This document shows positions 34,720 to 41,590 of a stretch of 45,391 nucleotides of DNA, piece after piece. The position numbers were made by a program, and so were the translations under genes. Within the stretch, counting starts at the first letter, position 1, and each line of letters begins with the position of its first letter. The notes beneath the pieces are model-generated. The model was not told the origin of the DNA and did not search any database. It saw nothing but the letters and a program-made list of their open reading frames with translations. The DNA is from Candidatus Woesearchaeota archaeon. GTDB taxonomy: Archaea; Nanobdellota; Nanobdellia; Pacearchaeales; GW2011-AR1. Where the stretch lies: the NCBI GenBank assembly GCA_964483015.1, contig CAZAAB010000001.1, positions 1-45,391 of the forward strand, in the 5' to 3' direction.

Positions 34720-34805
34720 AAAAGAAAAAAGAAGATAAATAACTCATTATAAAACATACAAAGTACTATATAAAAGTTTAAAAACTTCTTTCTTTTAGAT
34801 TTTAT

Positions 34806-35930
34806 ATGCAAGATTTTAATCAGGAAATTCAGCAAAAAGAGGAACCAACAAATGTTCAATCTAATGGTTCTTTTTCTCAGCCAAGCGATATTGATAAAGA
34901 GTTAGAAGAGATTTTAAAAAAACAAGAGGCAAATGTAAAAGTTATCGGTGTGGGAGGAGGTGGAGGAAACACTATAAGCAGGATGAAAGAGATAGGTATA
35001 AAGGGGGCAGAACTTATAGCTGCTAATACTGATGCCCAAGACCTACTTTATAGCAATTGTGATAAAAAAATATTAATTGGCAAAGAATTAACTCATGGTT
35101 TAGGAGCTGGAAGCAATCCAAAAGTAGGTGAAGAGGCAGCAAAAGAGTCCCAACAAGAGATAAAAAAGAAATTGGGAGAAAGTGATATGATATTTGTGAC
35201 TTGCGGTTTAGGAGGAGGAACAGGGACAGGAGCAGCACCAATAATAGCTGAAACAGCAAAAAAATCTGGCAGTTTAACAATAGGGATTGTAACCCTGCCA
35301 TTTACAATAGAAGGAAGGAAAAGAATAGAAAATGCCAACTATGGATTAGAAAGACTTGAAAATGTTGTAGACACTTTAATTGTTATTCCTAACGATAAGT
35401 TATTAGAGTTAGCTCCAGAATTGCCATTACATACAGCATTTAAGGTTGCAGATGAAATTTTAACAAATGCAGTAAAAGGCACAACAGAGTTAGTAACTTC
35501 TGCAGGCCTTGTTAACCTTGATTTTGCTGACATAAAAGCTGTTATGTTAGATGGAGGGGTTTCTTTAATCGGGATGGGTGAATCTGACAGTCAGGAGAGA
35601 AGCATTGAAGCTGTTGAAAAAGCATTAAATAACCCTCTGCTTGATGTAGATGTCAGTAATGCTAATGGAGCTTTGGTGAACATAATCGGAGGCCCTAACT
35701 TAAGTTTAGACGAAGCAAGAAACATTATAGAGTATATAGGGGAAAAGTTAGGAACAGAAGCTAAGCTAATCTGGGGAGCACAATTAAGCAAGGATATGGA
35801 AAAAGCTATTAGGGTTATGTTAATAGTAACAGGAGTAAGGAGCAGTCAAATATTAGGAAGAGAAGAGACAAAAGGAGAGCAAGTTAGAGGAGATATGTCA
35901 GAAGAGTTAGGAATTGAATTTTACGAGTAA
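34806..35930 (+). CDS. ftsZ: cell division GTPase FtsZ
   Basis: GVGGGGGNTISRM and GLGGGTGTGAAPIIAE tubulin signature. Confidence 0.95.
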   Translation: MQDFNQEIQQKEEPTNVQSNGSFSQPSDIDKELEEILKKQEANVKVIGVGGGGGNTISRMKEIGIKGAELIAANTDAQDLLYSNCDKKILIGKELTHGLGAGSNPKVGEEAAKESQQEIKKKLGESDMIFVTCGLGGGTGTGAAPIIAETAKKSGSLTIGIVTLPFTIEGRKRIENANYGLERLENVVDTLIVIPNDKLLELAPELPLHTAFKVADEILTNAVKGTTELVTSAGLVNLDFADIKAVMLDGGVSLIGMGESDSQERSIEAVEKALNNPLLDVDVSNANGALVNIIGGPNLSLDEARNIIEYIGEKLGTEAKLIWGAQLSKDMEKAIRVMLIVTGVRSSQILGREETKGEQVRGDMSEELGIEFYE

Positions 35931-35932
35931 AA

Positions 35933-36109
35933 ATGGCAGAAAAAAACCAAGAATATGAGACAGTAAGAGAGAACTATGAAACTGGCAGAACTCTTGTTAG
36001 ATGGCCAAATGGAAGAGAAAGTGTTAGATTATCTCCAGAAGAAAGTGAATTTATTAGAAAAATCATAAAAATCAAAGAAAGAGAAGAAATTCCTAACTAT
36101 AAAATTTAA
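35933..36109 (+). CDS. hypothetical 58-aa protein between ftsZ and secE, not in the ORF track
   Basis: Hand translation MAEKNQEYETVRENYETGRTLVRWPNGRESVRLSPEESEFIRKIIKIKEREEIPNYKI; starts 2 nt after the ftsZ stop. Confidence 0.35.
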   Translation: MAEKNQEYETVRENYETGRTLVRWPNGRESVRLSPEESEFIRKIIKIKEREEIPNYKI

Positions 36110-36129
36110 CAAGCCCAACAATCTTAACA

Positions 36130-36137
36130 TTTATAAA
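36130..36137 (+). promoter_or_regulatory. TATA box TTTATAAA, 21 nt before the secE ATG
   Basis: Box and spacing pattern. Confidence 0.45.
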
Positions 36138-36158
36138 CCAAATTTTTCTTATTTTAAT

Positions 36159-36338
36159 ATGATTAAAAAAATAGCAAGAAAAACAGGCTCGTTTTTCAGG
36201 CAGTGTATAAGGGTATGGCACTTATTAAGAAAGCCGGGAAAACAAGAATTTACAGTAACAGCAAAGGTTTCAGGAATAGGTATTTTAATAATAGGATTTA
36301 TCGGATTTTTAATATCTTTGTTTATGGACTTTTTCTAA
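36159..36338 (+). CDS. secE: preprotein translocase subunit SecE (Sec61-gamma), 59 aa, not in the ORF track
   Basis: Hand translation MIKKIARKTGSFFRQCIRVWHLLRKPGKQEFTVTAKVSGIGILIIGFIGFLISLFMDFF; amphipathic basic N-terminus plus a single TM; conserved position before spt5. Confidence 0.8.
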   Translation: MIKKIARKTGSFFRQCIRVWHLLRKPGKQEFTVTAKVSGIGILIIGFIGFLISLFMDFF

Positions 36339-36352
36339 TTTTTTTAGAATAG
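36337..36352. repeat. left copy of the 16-bp direct repeat AATTTTTTTAGAATAG (putative target-site duplication)
   Basis: Identical 16-mer at 37295-37310; overlaps the secE stop codon. Confidence 0.7.
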
Positions 36353-37294
36353 TGTGCGCCCTACAGACATATGTCACCCTACTTTAGATTCCAAAAGTTG
36401 AAGTAGATTTCAGCAGGACTTCTTCGATCAAGGCTAGTATGTGGCCTAAAATGATTATATCTCATCCTAAATTCGTGATGGTCCTTGCAGAATCTAAGTT
36501 CTTTTTCCAAACTCTGAAAGAATCTTTCTATCTTTCCAGTTGTTGTAGGACTGTGAACTGCAGTTCTAATATGATTTATCTTCCTTCTTCTACACCATCT
36601 ATCAAACTTAGAGTGCTTGCTCTTCAATCCGAAAACACTACCATTATCAGTCAAAATTTCTCTAGGCCTTCCATGATAATCGACGAGATTATCAAGGATG
36701 TGGGTTACAACCGCAGTTGTAGCTCTATTAAGGTCCAGTAAACCAACACAATATCGAGAACAATCATCAATAACTGCAAAACAATACTTGTCTTCAATTT
36801 TCTGATCACTAACATCAATCTGCCATAGTGAATTAGGATGTTTTCTCTGCCATCTAATATACTTGTTCCTCTTTTTATAACGACAAGCAGGATTTGTGAG
36901 TTTGTTTTTATTCAAGATTTTATTAATCGAGCTATGTCCAATACTGACATAATTCGAGATCTTGTCTTCTCCCCAGCCAGTCTTATTTCTAAGTTTGATG
37001 ACTTTTTTCTCGATTGTAGGATTTATTTTATTATGAATTGTCTTAGGTCTTCTTGATCTGTCTCTTAAGTCCCAGTTGGTTTCATAATGCCGTTTTGTCC
37101 ATCTTTGCAATGTTCTTTTAGAAACTTCATATCCAAACTGAGAAAGAAGGATCTTTCTGCATTGATTTTGAGAATGCCCTTTAATTCTCAATCTGAAATA
37201 TTCTTTCCTAATTTCTTCTTTTTTCATTAGGAAAGCACGAAATCAAAGCAGAACTAATTTTCGGTTCCTAGTGACATATGTCACCAGGCTATAC
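36353..37294 (-). mobile_element. IS481-like insertion sequence (942 bp)
   Basis: Single DDE transposase ORF. Imperfect terminal inverted repeats TGTGCGCCCTACAGACATATGTCAC / TGTATAGCCTGGTGACATATGTCAC. Flanked by the 16-bp direct repeat. Confidence 0.8.
36379..37227 (-). CDS. DDE transposase (rve integrase core, IS481-like)
   Basis: 282 aa; N-terminal HTH; WQIDVSD, LTDNGSVF and KIERFFQSLEKE fit D, D, E catalytic segments. Confidence 0.8.
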   Translation of the reverse strand: MKKEEIRKEYFRLRIKGHSQNQCRKILLSQFGYEVSKRTLQRWTKRHYETNWDLRDRSRRPKTIHNKINPTIEKKVIKLRNKTGWGEDKISNYVSIGHSSINKILNKNKLTNPACRYKKRNKYIRWQRKHPNSLWQIDVSDQKIEDKYCFAVIDDCSRYCVGLLDLNRATTAVVTHILDNLVDYHGRPREILTDNGSVFGLKSKHSKFDRWCRRRKINHIRTAVHSPTTTGKIERFFQSLEKELRFCKDHHEFRMRYNHFRPHTSLDRRSPAEIYFNFWNLK

Positions 37295-37310
37295 AATTTT
37301 TTTAGAATAG
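37295..37310. repeat. right copy of the 16-bp direct repeat AATTTTTTTAGAATAG
   Basis: Identical to 36337-36352. Confidence 0.7.
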
Positions 37311-37436
37311 ATAAATTTATAAATATCTTTTTTGTGAAAATAATAATTACTTCTTAAATTATTAAGGGGTAGTTAGAGCTAAACTTTTTACAAAGCAAGA
37401 AAAACTTATAAGAGTAAAAATTAAAACCTAATAAAA

Positions 37437-37964
37437 ATGAACAAGAAAAAGGAAACAAAAGAAAAAAGAAAGAAAAAATCTGAAGAAGCTGAAGAAGAAA
37501 GCAGAATTTTTGTAATTAAAATAACAACGAATAAAGAAGACAAAGCTTTAGATATGATTAAGCAAAAAGCAGAAAAGAAAAATCTTGCTGTTTATAGTTT
37601 AGTTAGACCAAAAGGTTTAAGAGGCTATATCTTCCTAGAAGCAAAAGGAAGAGAAGAAGCTGAAGAAGCGGCCTTTAATCTACCATATGTCAAGGGAATT
37701 TTAAAGAAAACAGTTTCATATGACGAGATTGAAAACATGTTAGAGCCAAAAGTTGCAGAAATTAATATTGAAGAAGGAGATATTGTAGAGATAGTAACAG
37801 AACCTTTTAAAAAAGAAAAAGCCAAGGTGACAAGAGTAAACAAGGGCAAGGGGGAGGCAGTAGTAACATTATTGCAAGCAGCAATCCCGATACCAGTAAC
37901 AGTTAAGCTTGATAATTTAAGAGTTTTAAGAAGAGAAGAAAAGGAAGAATTAACAAAAGAATAA
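37437..37964 (+). CDS. spt5: transcription elongation factor Spt5 (NusG)
   Basis: NGN domain (IFVIKITTNKEDKALDMI...GYIFLEA) plus KOW (GDIVEIVTEPFKKEKAKVTRV); precedes uL11. Confidence 0.85.
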   Translation: MNKKKETKEKRKKKSEEAEEESRIFVIKITTNKEDKALDMIKQKAEKKNLAVYSLVRPKGLRGYIFLEAKGREEAEEAAFNLPYVKGILKKTVSYDEIENMLEPKVAEINIEEGDIVEIVTEPFKKEKAKVTRVNKGKGEAVVTLLQAAIPIPVTVKLDNLRVLRREEKEELTKE

Positions 37965-37966
37965 AA

Positions 37967-38665
37967 ATGAAGTTGAAATTATTAATAGAGGGAGGAAACA
38001 TGCAGCCAGGGCCTTCAGTAGCTCAAAAAGTAGGCCCCCTAGGCATAAATATGGGAAAAGTAATTCAAAAAATCAATTCAGCAACTCAGGATTTCAAGGG
38101 GTTGAAAGTGCCTGTTGAATTAGACATAAATCCAGAAACAAAAGATTTTGAAGTAGAGGTTTTTTCCCCACCAGTAGCAGAGTTAATTAAGAAAGAGTTA
38201 GGAATTGACAAGGGAAGCGGGGAGCAGGCTAAATTAAAAGCAGGAAATCTGGCTATAGAGCAGGCAATAAAAGTTGCTAAAACAAAATATCAAAATATGC
38301 TTGATAAAACACTAAAACAAGCAGTCAAGTCAGTAATAGGTTCTTGTGTTAGTTTAGGTGTTTTAGTAGAAAGTGAGGAGCCTAAAAAAGTTATCAGTCA
38401 GATAGATTCGGGAAAGTATGACAAAGAAATAGAAGAAGAAAAAACAGAAGCTAGCGAAGAAAAGCTGCAGAAATTACAACAAAGGTTTGAGGCTATTAGG
38501 GAGAAAGAAGAAGAAATAATCAGAAAAGAAGAGGAAGAAGCCGAAGTTGAAGAAGAAGAACCAACAGAAGAACAAGAAGAAACAGAAGCTGAAGCCGAAG
38601 TTGAAAAAGAAGAAGGCGAAAAAGAAAACAAGGAAGTAAAAGTTAAGGAAAAAAAGCAAAGTTAA
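37967..38665 (+). CDS. rpl11: 50S ribosomal protein uL11 with a C-terminal acidic extension of about 80-90 aa
   Basis: IEGGNMQPGPSVAQKVGPLGINMGKV core; Glu-rich tail from about aa 140. Confidence 0.9.
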   Translation: MKLKLLIEGGNMQPGPSVAQKVGPLGINMGKVIQKINSATQDFKGLKVPVELDINPETKDFEVEVFSPPVAELIKKELGIDKGSGEQAKLKAGNLAIEQAIKVAKTKYQNMLDKTLKQAVKSVIGSCVSLGVLVESEEPKKVISQIDSGKYDKEIEEEKTEASEEKLQKLQQRFEAIREKEEEIIRKEEEEAEVEEEEPTEEQEETEAEAEVEKEEGEKENKEVKVKEKKQS

Positions 38666-38666
38666 A

Positions 38667-38674
38667 TTTATAAA
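38667..38674 (+). promoter_or_regulatory. TATA box TTTATAAA, 23 nt before the tRNA-Pro 5' end
   Basis: Box and spacing pattern. Confidence 0.45.
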
Positions 38675-38697
38675 TAAAATTGCCCCTCTTTTTGAGA

Positions 38698-38770
38698 GGG
38701 GTTGTGGTGTAGCTTGGAAGCATCGGAGCTTTGGGAGCTTCAGACCCCGGTTCAAATCCGGGCAACCCCA
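38698..38770 (+). tRNA. tRNA-Pro(UGG)
   Basis: Acceptor GGGGTTG/CAACCCC, A73. Anticodon stem GGAGC/GCTTC with loop TTTGGGA (G37). T arm CCCGG-TTCAAAT-CCGGG. No encoded CCA. Confidence 0.85.
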
Positions 38771-38782
38771 TACGAATTAAAA

Positions 38783-39028
38783 ATGGCAAGAACAAAAAAA
38801 ATCAAATCAGCAGGAAGATTTGGCGCAGGTTACGGGATTAGGGTGAGGAAGAGGATTAAAAAGATAGAGGAAACTCAGCGAAAAAAACAAGAATGCCCTT
38901 TTTGCGGTAAAAAAGGAATTAAGAAAATAGCTAGCGGAATTTGGCAATGCAAAAAATGCGGCAAAAAGTTTGCTTCTGGAGCATACACAGTAAGAAAAAA
39001 AGCATTAGGAGAAAAAACCAAGATTTAA
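38783..39028 (+). CDS. rpl37ae: 50S ribosomal protein eL43 (L37Ae)
   Basis: Start reassigned to MARTKKIKSAGRFGAGYGIRVRK; CPFCG...CKKCG zinc ribbon; the track ORF extension overlaps tRNA-Pro. Confidence 0.9.
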   Translation: MARTKKIKSAGRFGAGYGIRVRKRIKKIEETQRKKQECPFCGKKGIKKIASGIWQCKKCGKKFASGAYTVRKKALGEKTKI

Positions 39029-39053
39029 AAAAGAAAATATGTTAATGTTAAAA

Positions 39054-39191
39054 ATGGCTTCATATAAATGTTTTAAATGCGGTAAAAAAATATCTTCAAA
39101 ACAGCTTGAAAAGAGATTTTCATGCCCTGCTTGCAACAGCAAGATATTTTTCAAGCCGAGAAAGCATACCACAAAGGTAAAGGCAAGATAA
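39054..39191 (+). CDS. rpoP: DNA-directed RNA polymerase subunit P (Rpo12/RpoP), not in the ORF track
   Basis: Hand translation MASYKCFKCGKKISSKQLEKRFSCPACNSKIFFKPRKHTTKVKAR; in-frame ATGs also at 39039 and 39045; conserved position after eL43. Confidence 0.8.
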   Translation: MASYKCFKCGKKISSKQLEKRFSCPACNSKIFFKPRKHTTKVKAR

Positions 39192-39192
39192 A

Positions 39193-39564
39193 ATGCAATT
39201 AGATAAAGAAACACAGCAAAAAATCCAGGAGATGCAGGCAGTAGAACAAAACCTTCAAAACTTTCTTCTTCAGAAGCAAAATTTTCAGACAGAATTAAAT
39301 GAGGTAGAGTCAGCATTAGAAGAAACTGAAAAAGCAGAAGACGATGTTTATAAAATTGCTGGTCAGGTAATGATAAAAGCAAAAAAGGAAGAAGTAATAA
39401 AAGACCTGAAAGAAAGTAAGAAAACACTTAACTTAAGGGTAAAAACAATTGAGAAGCAAGAAAAGAAGCTAAGAGACAAACTGGAAGGTACAAGAAAAGA
39501 AATTGAAAGCGAAATAAGAAAAGATAGCAATAAAGATAAAAACAAAAAACAGGAGAAAAAATAA
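39193..39564 (+). CDS. pfdB: prefoldin beta subunit
   Basis: 123 aa; coiled coil, beta hairpin (VYKIAGQVMIKAKKEEV), coiled coil; follows rpoP. Confidence 0.8.
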   Translation: MQLDKETQQKIQEMQAVEQNLQNFLLQKQNFQTELNEVESALEETEKAEDDVYKIAGQVMIKAKKEEVIKDLKESKKTLNLRVKTIEKQEKKLRDKLEGTRKEIESEIRKDSNKDKNKKQEKK

Positions 39565-39578
39565 ATTTCATAGAAATA

Positions 39579-39586
39579 TTTATAAA
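39579..39586 (+). promoter_or_regulatory. TATA box TTTATAAA, 21 nt before the ATG at 39608
   Basis: Box and spacing pattern; supports the ATG at 39608 rather than the TTG at 39602. Confidence 0.45.
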
Positions 39587-39607
39587 CTCCTGTATTTTAT
39601 TTTGAAC

Positions 39608-39985
39608 ATGGCAGGAATAAAAGAGAAAATCTCGAATTTTTTTAATAAGCAGAGTGAAGACCCTGAATATATTGAAATTGATTTAGGACAGGAAGTAGAA
39701 AAAAAGAAGGTTCAGGTCAGGCCTTTTGTTTTAAAAGATTTTGATACAGTTGAAAAAATATTAAATAGCTTAAGAGAAGGGTACACTATAGCAGTTATTG
39801 ACATCTTGCCGTTAAAAAAGAAAGATATGATAGAATTAAAGAGAGCTATAGCAAAAATTAAGAAAACTGCACAAGCTTTAGAAGGCGAGGTGGCTGGTTT
39901 TGGTGAATCCATGATAATTGTAACTCCCTCTTTTGCAGAAATTTACAAGCCAAAGAAAAAGAAGAAAGAAAAAAAGAAAGAATAA
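39608..39985 (+). CDS. sepF: cell division protein SepF (DUF552)
   Basis: VQVRPFVLKDFDTVEKILNSLREGYTIAVIDILPLKKKDMIELKRAIAKIKKTAQALEGEVAGFGESMIIVTP matches the SepF core pattern. Confidence 0.7.
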   Translation: MAGIKEKISNFFNKQSEDPEYIEIDLGQEVEKKKVQVRPFVLKDFDTVEKILNSLREGYTIAVIDILPLKKKDMIELKRAIAKIKKTAQALEGEVAGFGESMIIVTPSFAEIYKPKKKKKEKKKE

Positions 39986-40017
39986 TTTTTCTACAAACTA
40001 TTAATTTAAAAATTAAG

Positions 40018-40025
40018 TTTATAAG
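40018..40025 (+). promoter_or_regulatory. TATA-like TTTATAAG upstream of the Dph2-like gene (54 nt to the ATG at 40080)
   Basis: Box like the consensus; an out-of-frame ATG at 40043 lies 17 nt downstream. Confidence 0.3.
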
Positions 40026-40079
40026 TATCTGCCCCTAATTTTATGCAGCAATCAGAGCAGGAAAATTTCAATATAAAAA

Positions 40080-40775
40080 ATGAAAACATTATTTATAGAA
40101 GCAAGAAAGAAGTTTAAAGATATAAATATAGATAAAGATATAGAGAAAATCAAAAAAAAGCTGAAAAATAATCAGGTTCATCTTCTCTACTCAATACAGT
40201 ATAAAGAATTGGCAGAAAAAATAAAAAAACAACTGGAAAAAGAAAATATCAAGGTGATATTTCAACAGATTTTAGGTTGTAGCAATATCAAACCTAAGTC
40301 TACACTATTTCTAATAGGCAGTGGAAGTTTTCACGCAATACAACTTGCATTAAGAACAAACAAAGAAGTTTATGTATATCCTGGTTTAAGTAAAATAGGG
40401 AAGAAAGAAATAGAAAAACAGAAGAAGAAAATTAAGGCCAAGATAAAAAAGTTTTATTCTTCTAAAAATATCGGGATAATTATATCAGTAAAGCAGGGAC
40501 AGAAAGTTAAGGTAGAAAAAGTAAAAAAACAATTAGAAAATAGGTTCAAAGATAAAAGTTTTCATTTTTTCATAGCTGATAATATAAATGAAGAAGAACT
40601 TGAAAACTTTAAGATTAGCCTATGGATAAATACTGCATGCCCTGGTTTAGAGTATCAAAACAAAAAAATAATTAATTATCAAACATTAAAAGAGCCTTTT
40701 CTTTTCTTGAAAGAAAAGAAAACCCTCGGGAAAAGAAAAGAACAGATAATCTCGGGAAAAGAAAAGAACAGATAA
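40080..40775 (+). CDS. dph2: Dph2-like diphthamide synthesis protein, shortened (231 aa)
   Basis: ILGCS...LIGSGSFHAIQLAL, IGIIISVKQGQ and WINTACPG resemble Dph2 domains 2-3; no equivalent of N-terminal domain 1; only two Cys in total. Confidence 0.55.
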   Translation: MKTLFIEARKKFKDINIDKDIEKIKKKLKNNQVHLLYSIQYKELAEKIKKQLEKENIKVIFQQILGCSNIKPKSTLFLIGSGSFHAIQLALRTNKEVYVYPGLSKIGKKEIEKQKKKIKAKIKKFYSSKNIGIIISVKQGQKVKVEKVKKQLENRFKDKSFHFFIADNINEEELENFKISLWINTACPGLEYQNKKIINYQTLKEPFLFLKEKKTLGKRKEQIISGKEKNR

Positions 40776-40802
40776 TCTCGGGAAAAGAAAAGAACAGATA
40801 AT
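40725..40802. repeat. perfect tandem repeat, 3 x 26 bp (CTCGGGAAAAGAAAAGAACAGATAAT)
   Basis: Copies at 40725-40750, 40751-40776 and 40777-40802, followed by a partial CT; the gene's stop codon (40773-40775) lies in copy 2. Confidence 0.9.
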
Positions 40803-41046
40803 CTAACCGCCAGTTTTTAATTGAGAGTTTATAGATACAGGATTCCTAAAATTAGAGCCAAATATTCGGCTTTTAGCATTTACAAATTAAATAGACAGAA
40901 CGTTTTAGAAAATCCCTGATTTCAATTTTAACGAAATTACAATTCTTATTAAATAGGTATTTGCATCTGGTTTATAAGACAGGATTTATAAAATAATAAA
41001 AACTCAATTAAAACAATATAAAAATAAAATAAAAAAAAGAGAAAAG

Positions 41047-41397
41047 TTATTTCTTTGCCATCGCAAAAAGCGATTTCAAAGCCACAACAATTGTTGCAGG
41101 TACAAACAAGACTACTAAAGCATTGACTATGTTACCTACATAAGGAATCAATCCTAAGTACTGATTACCTCCAGCTAAAGCACTAACAACAACCAATACT
41201 GCACCAGCCAACATAAAGTCTTTTAATTCCTTGCCGCCGACATTAAGCAAACCAATAACTATACCTAAAACCACCAATACAAGTGCTGCTGTCCCGCTTG
41301 TAGCACTCCATGAAGGCATCACACCAACAATTACTGCAAGTATAACACCAGCTAAGAATGACCATGCTCCAAGAATGTTCTTACTTTTTTTTGCCAT
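41047..41397 (-). CDS. small membrane protein (116 aa, 3-4 TM)
   Basis: Gly/Ala/Val-rich TM segments; strong GGAGGT Shine-Dalgarno element (complement of 41402-41409) upstream. Confidence 0.6.
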   Translation of the reverse strand: MAKKSKNILGAWSFLAGVILAVIVGVMPSWSATSGTAALVLVVLGIVIGLLNVGGKELKDFMLAGAVLVVVSALAGGNQYLGLIPYVGNIVNALVVLFVPATIVVALKSLFAMAKK

Positions 41398-41590
41398 TTT
41401 TACCTCCTTTTCTCTTTTTAGCCTTTTTATAAGGCAATTACTTGCTAAAACAAGGTATTTAACTTTTAAAAACCTTTTTATTCTTCTTCTAAAACATATA
41501 TATTAAATAACAGAAATATTTATAAACCATCGTAACTCCAGAATAATTACAAAAAGCAAAGTTCAGGTTTATTAACAAAAAAAATTAAAG

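Noticed and set aside
34536-34859. 107-aa minus-strand ORF
   Set aside because: It lies antisense to the conserved C-terminal LbH half of the frameshifted acetyltransferase. The sense frame carries clear hexapeptide-repeat motifs.
38702-38782. N-terminal extension of eL43 in the ORF track
   Set aside because: It overlaps tRNA-Pro. The canonical eL43 N-terminus, MARTKK, starts at 38783.
39005-39545. Minus-strand ORFs 39005-39427 and 39363-39545
   Set aside because: They lie antisense to rpoP and prefoldin beta and are low in complexity.
40043-40117. Short upstream ORF (ATG at 40043, out of frame with the Dph2-like gene)
   Set aside because: It is only about 25 codons with no recognisable features. 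The ATG lies 17 nt after the TATA-like box, so it may not even be transcribed.
40725-40802. Possible CRISPR array
   Set aside because: The repeats are directly adjacent with no spacers, there are only three copies, and no cas genes are nearby. It is a simple tandem duplication.
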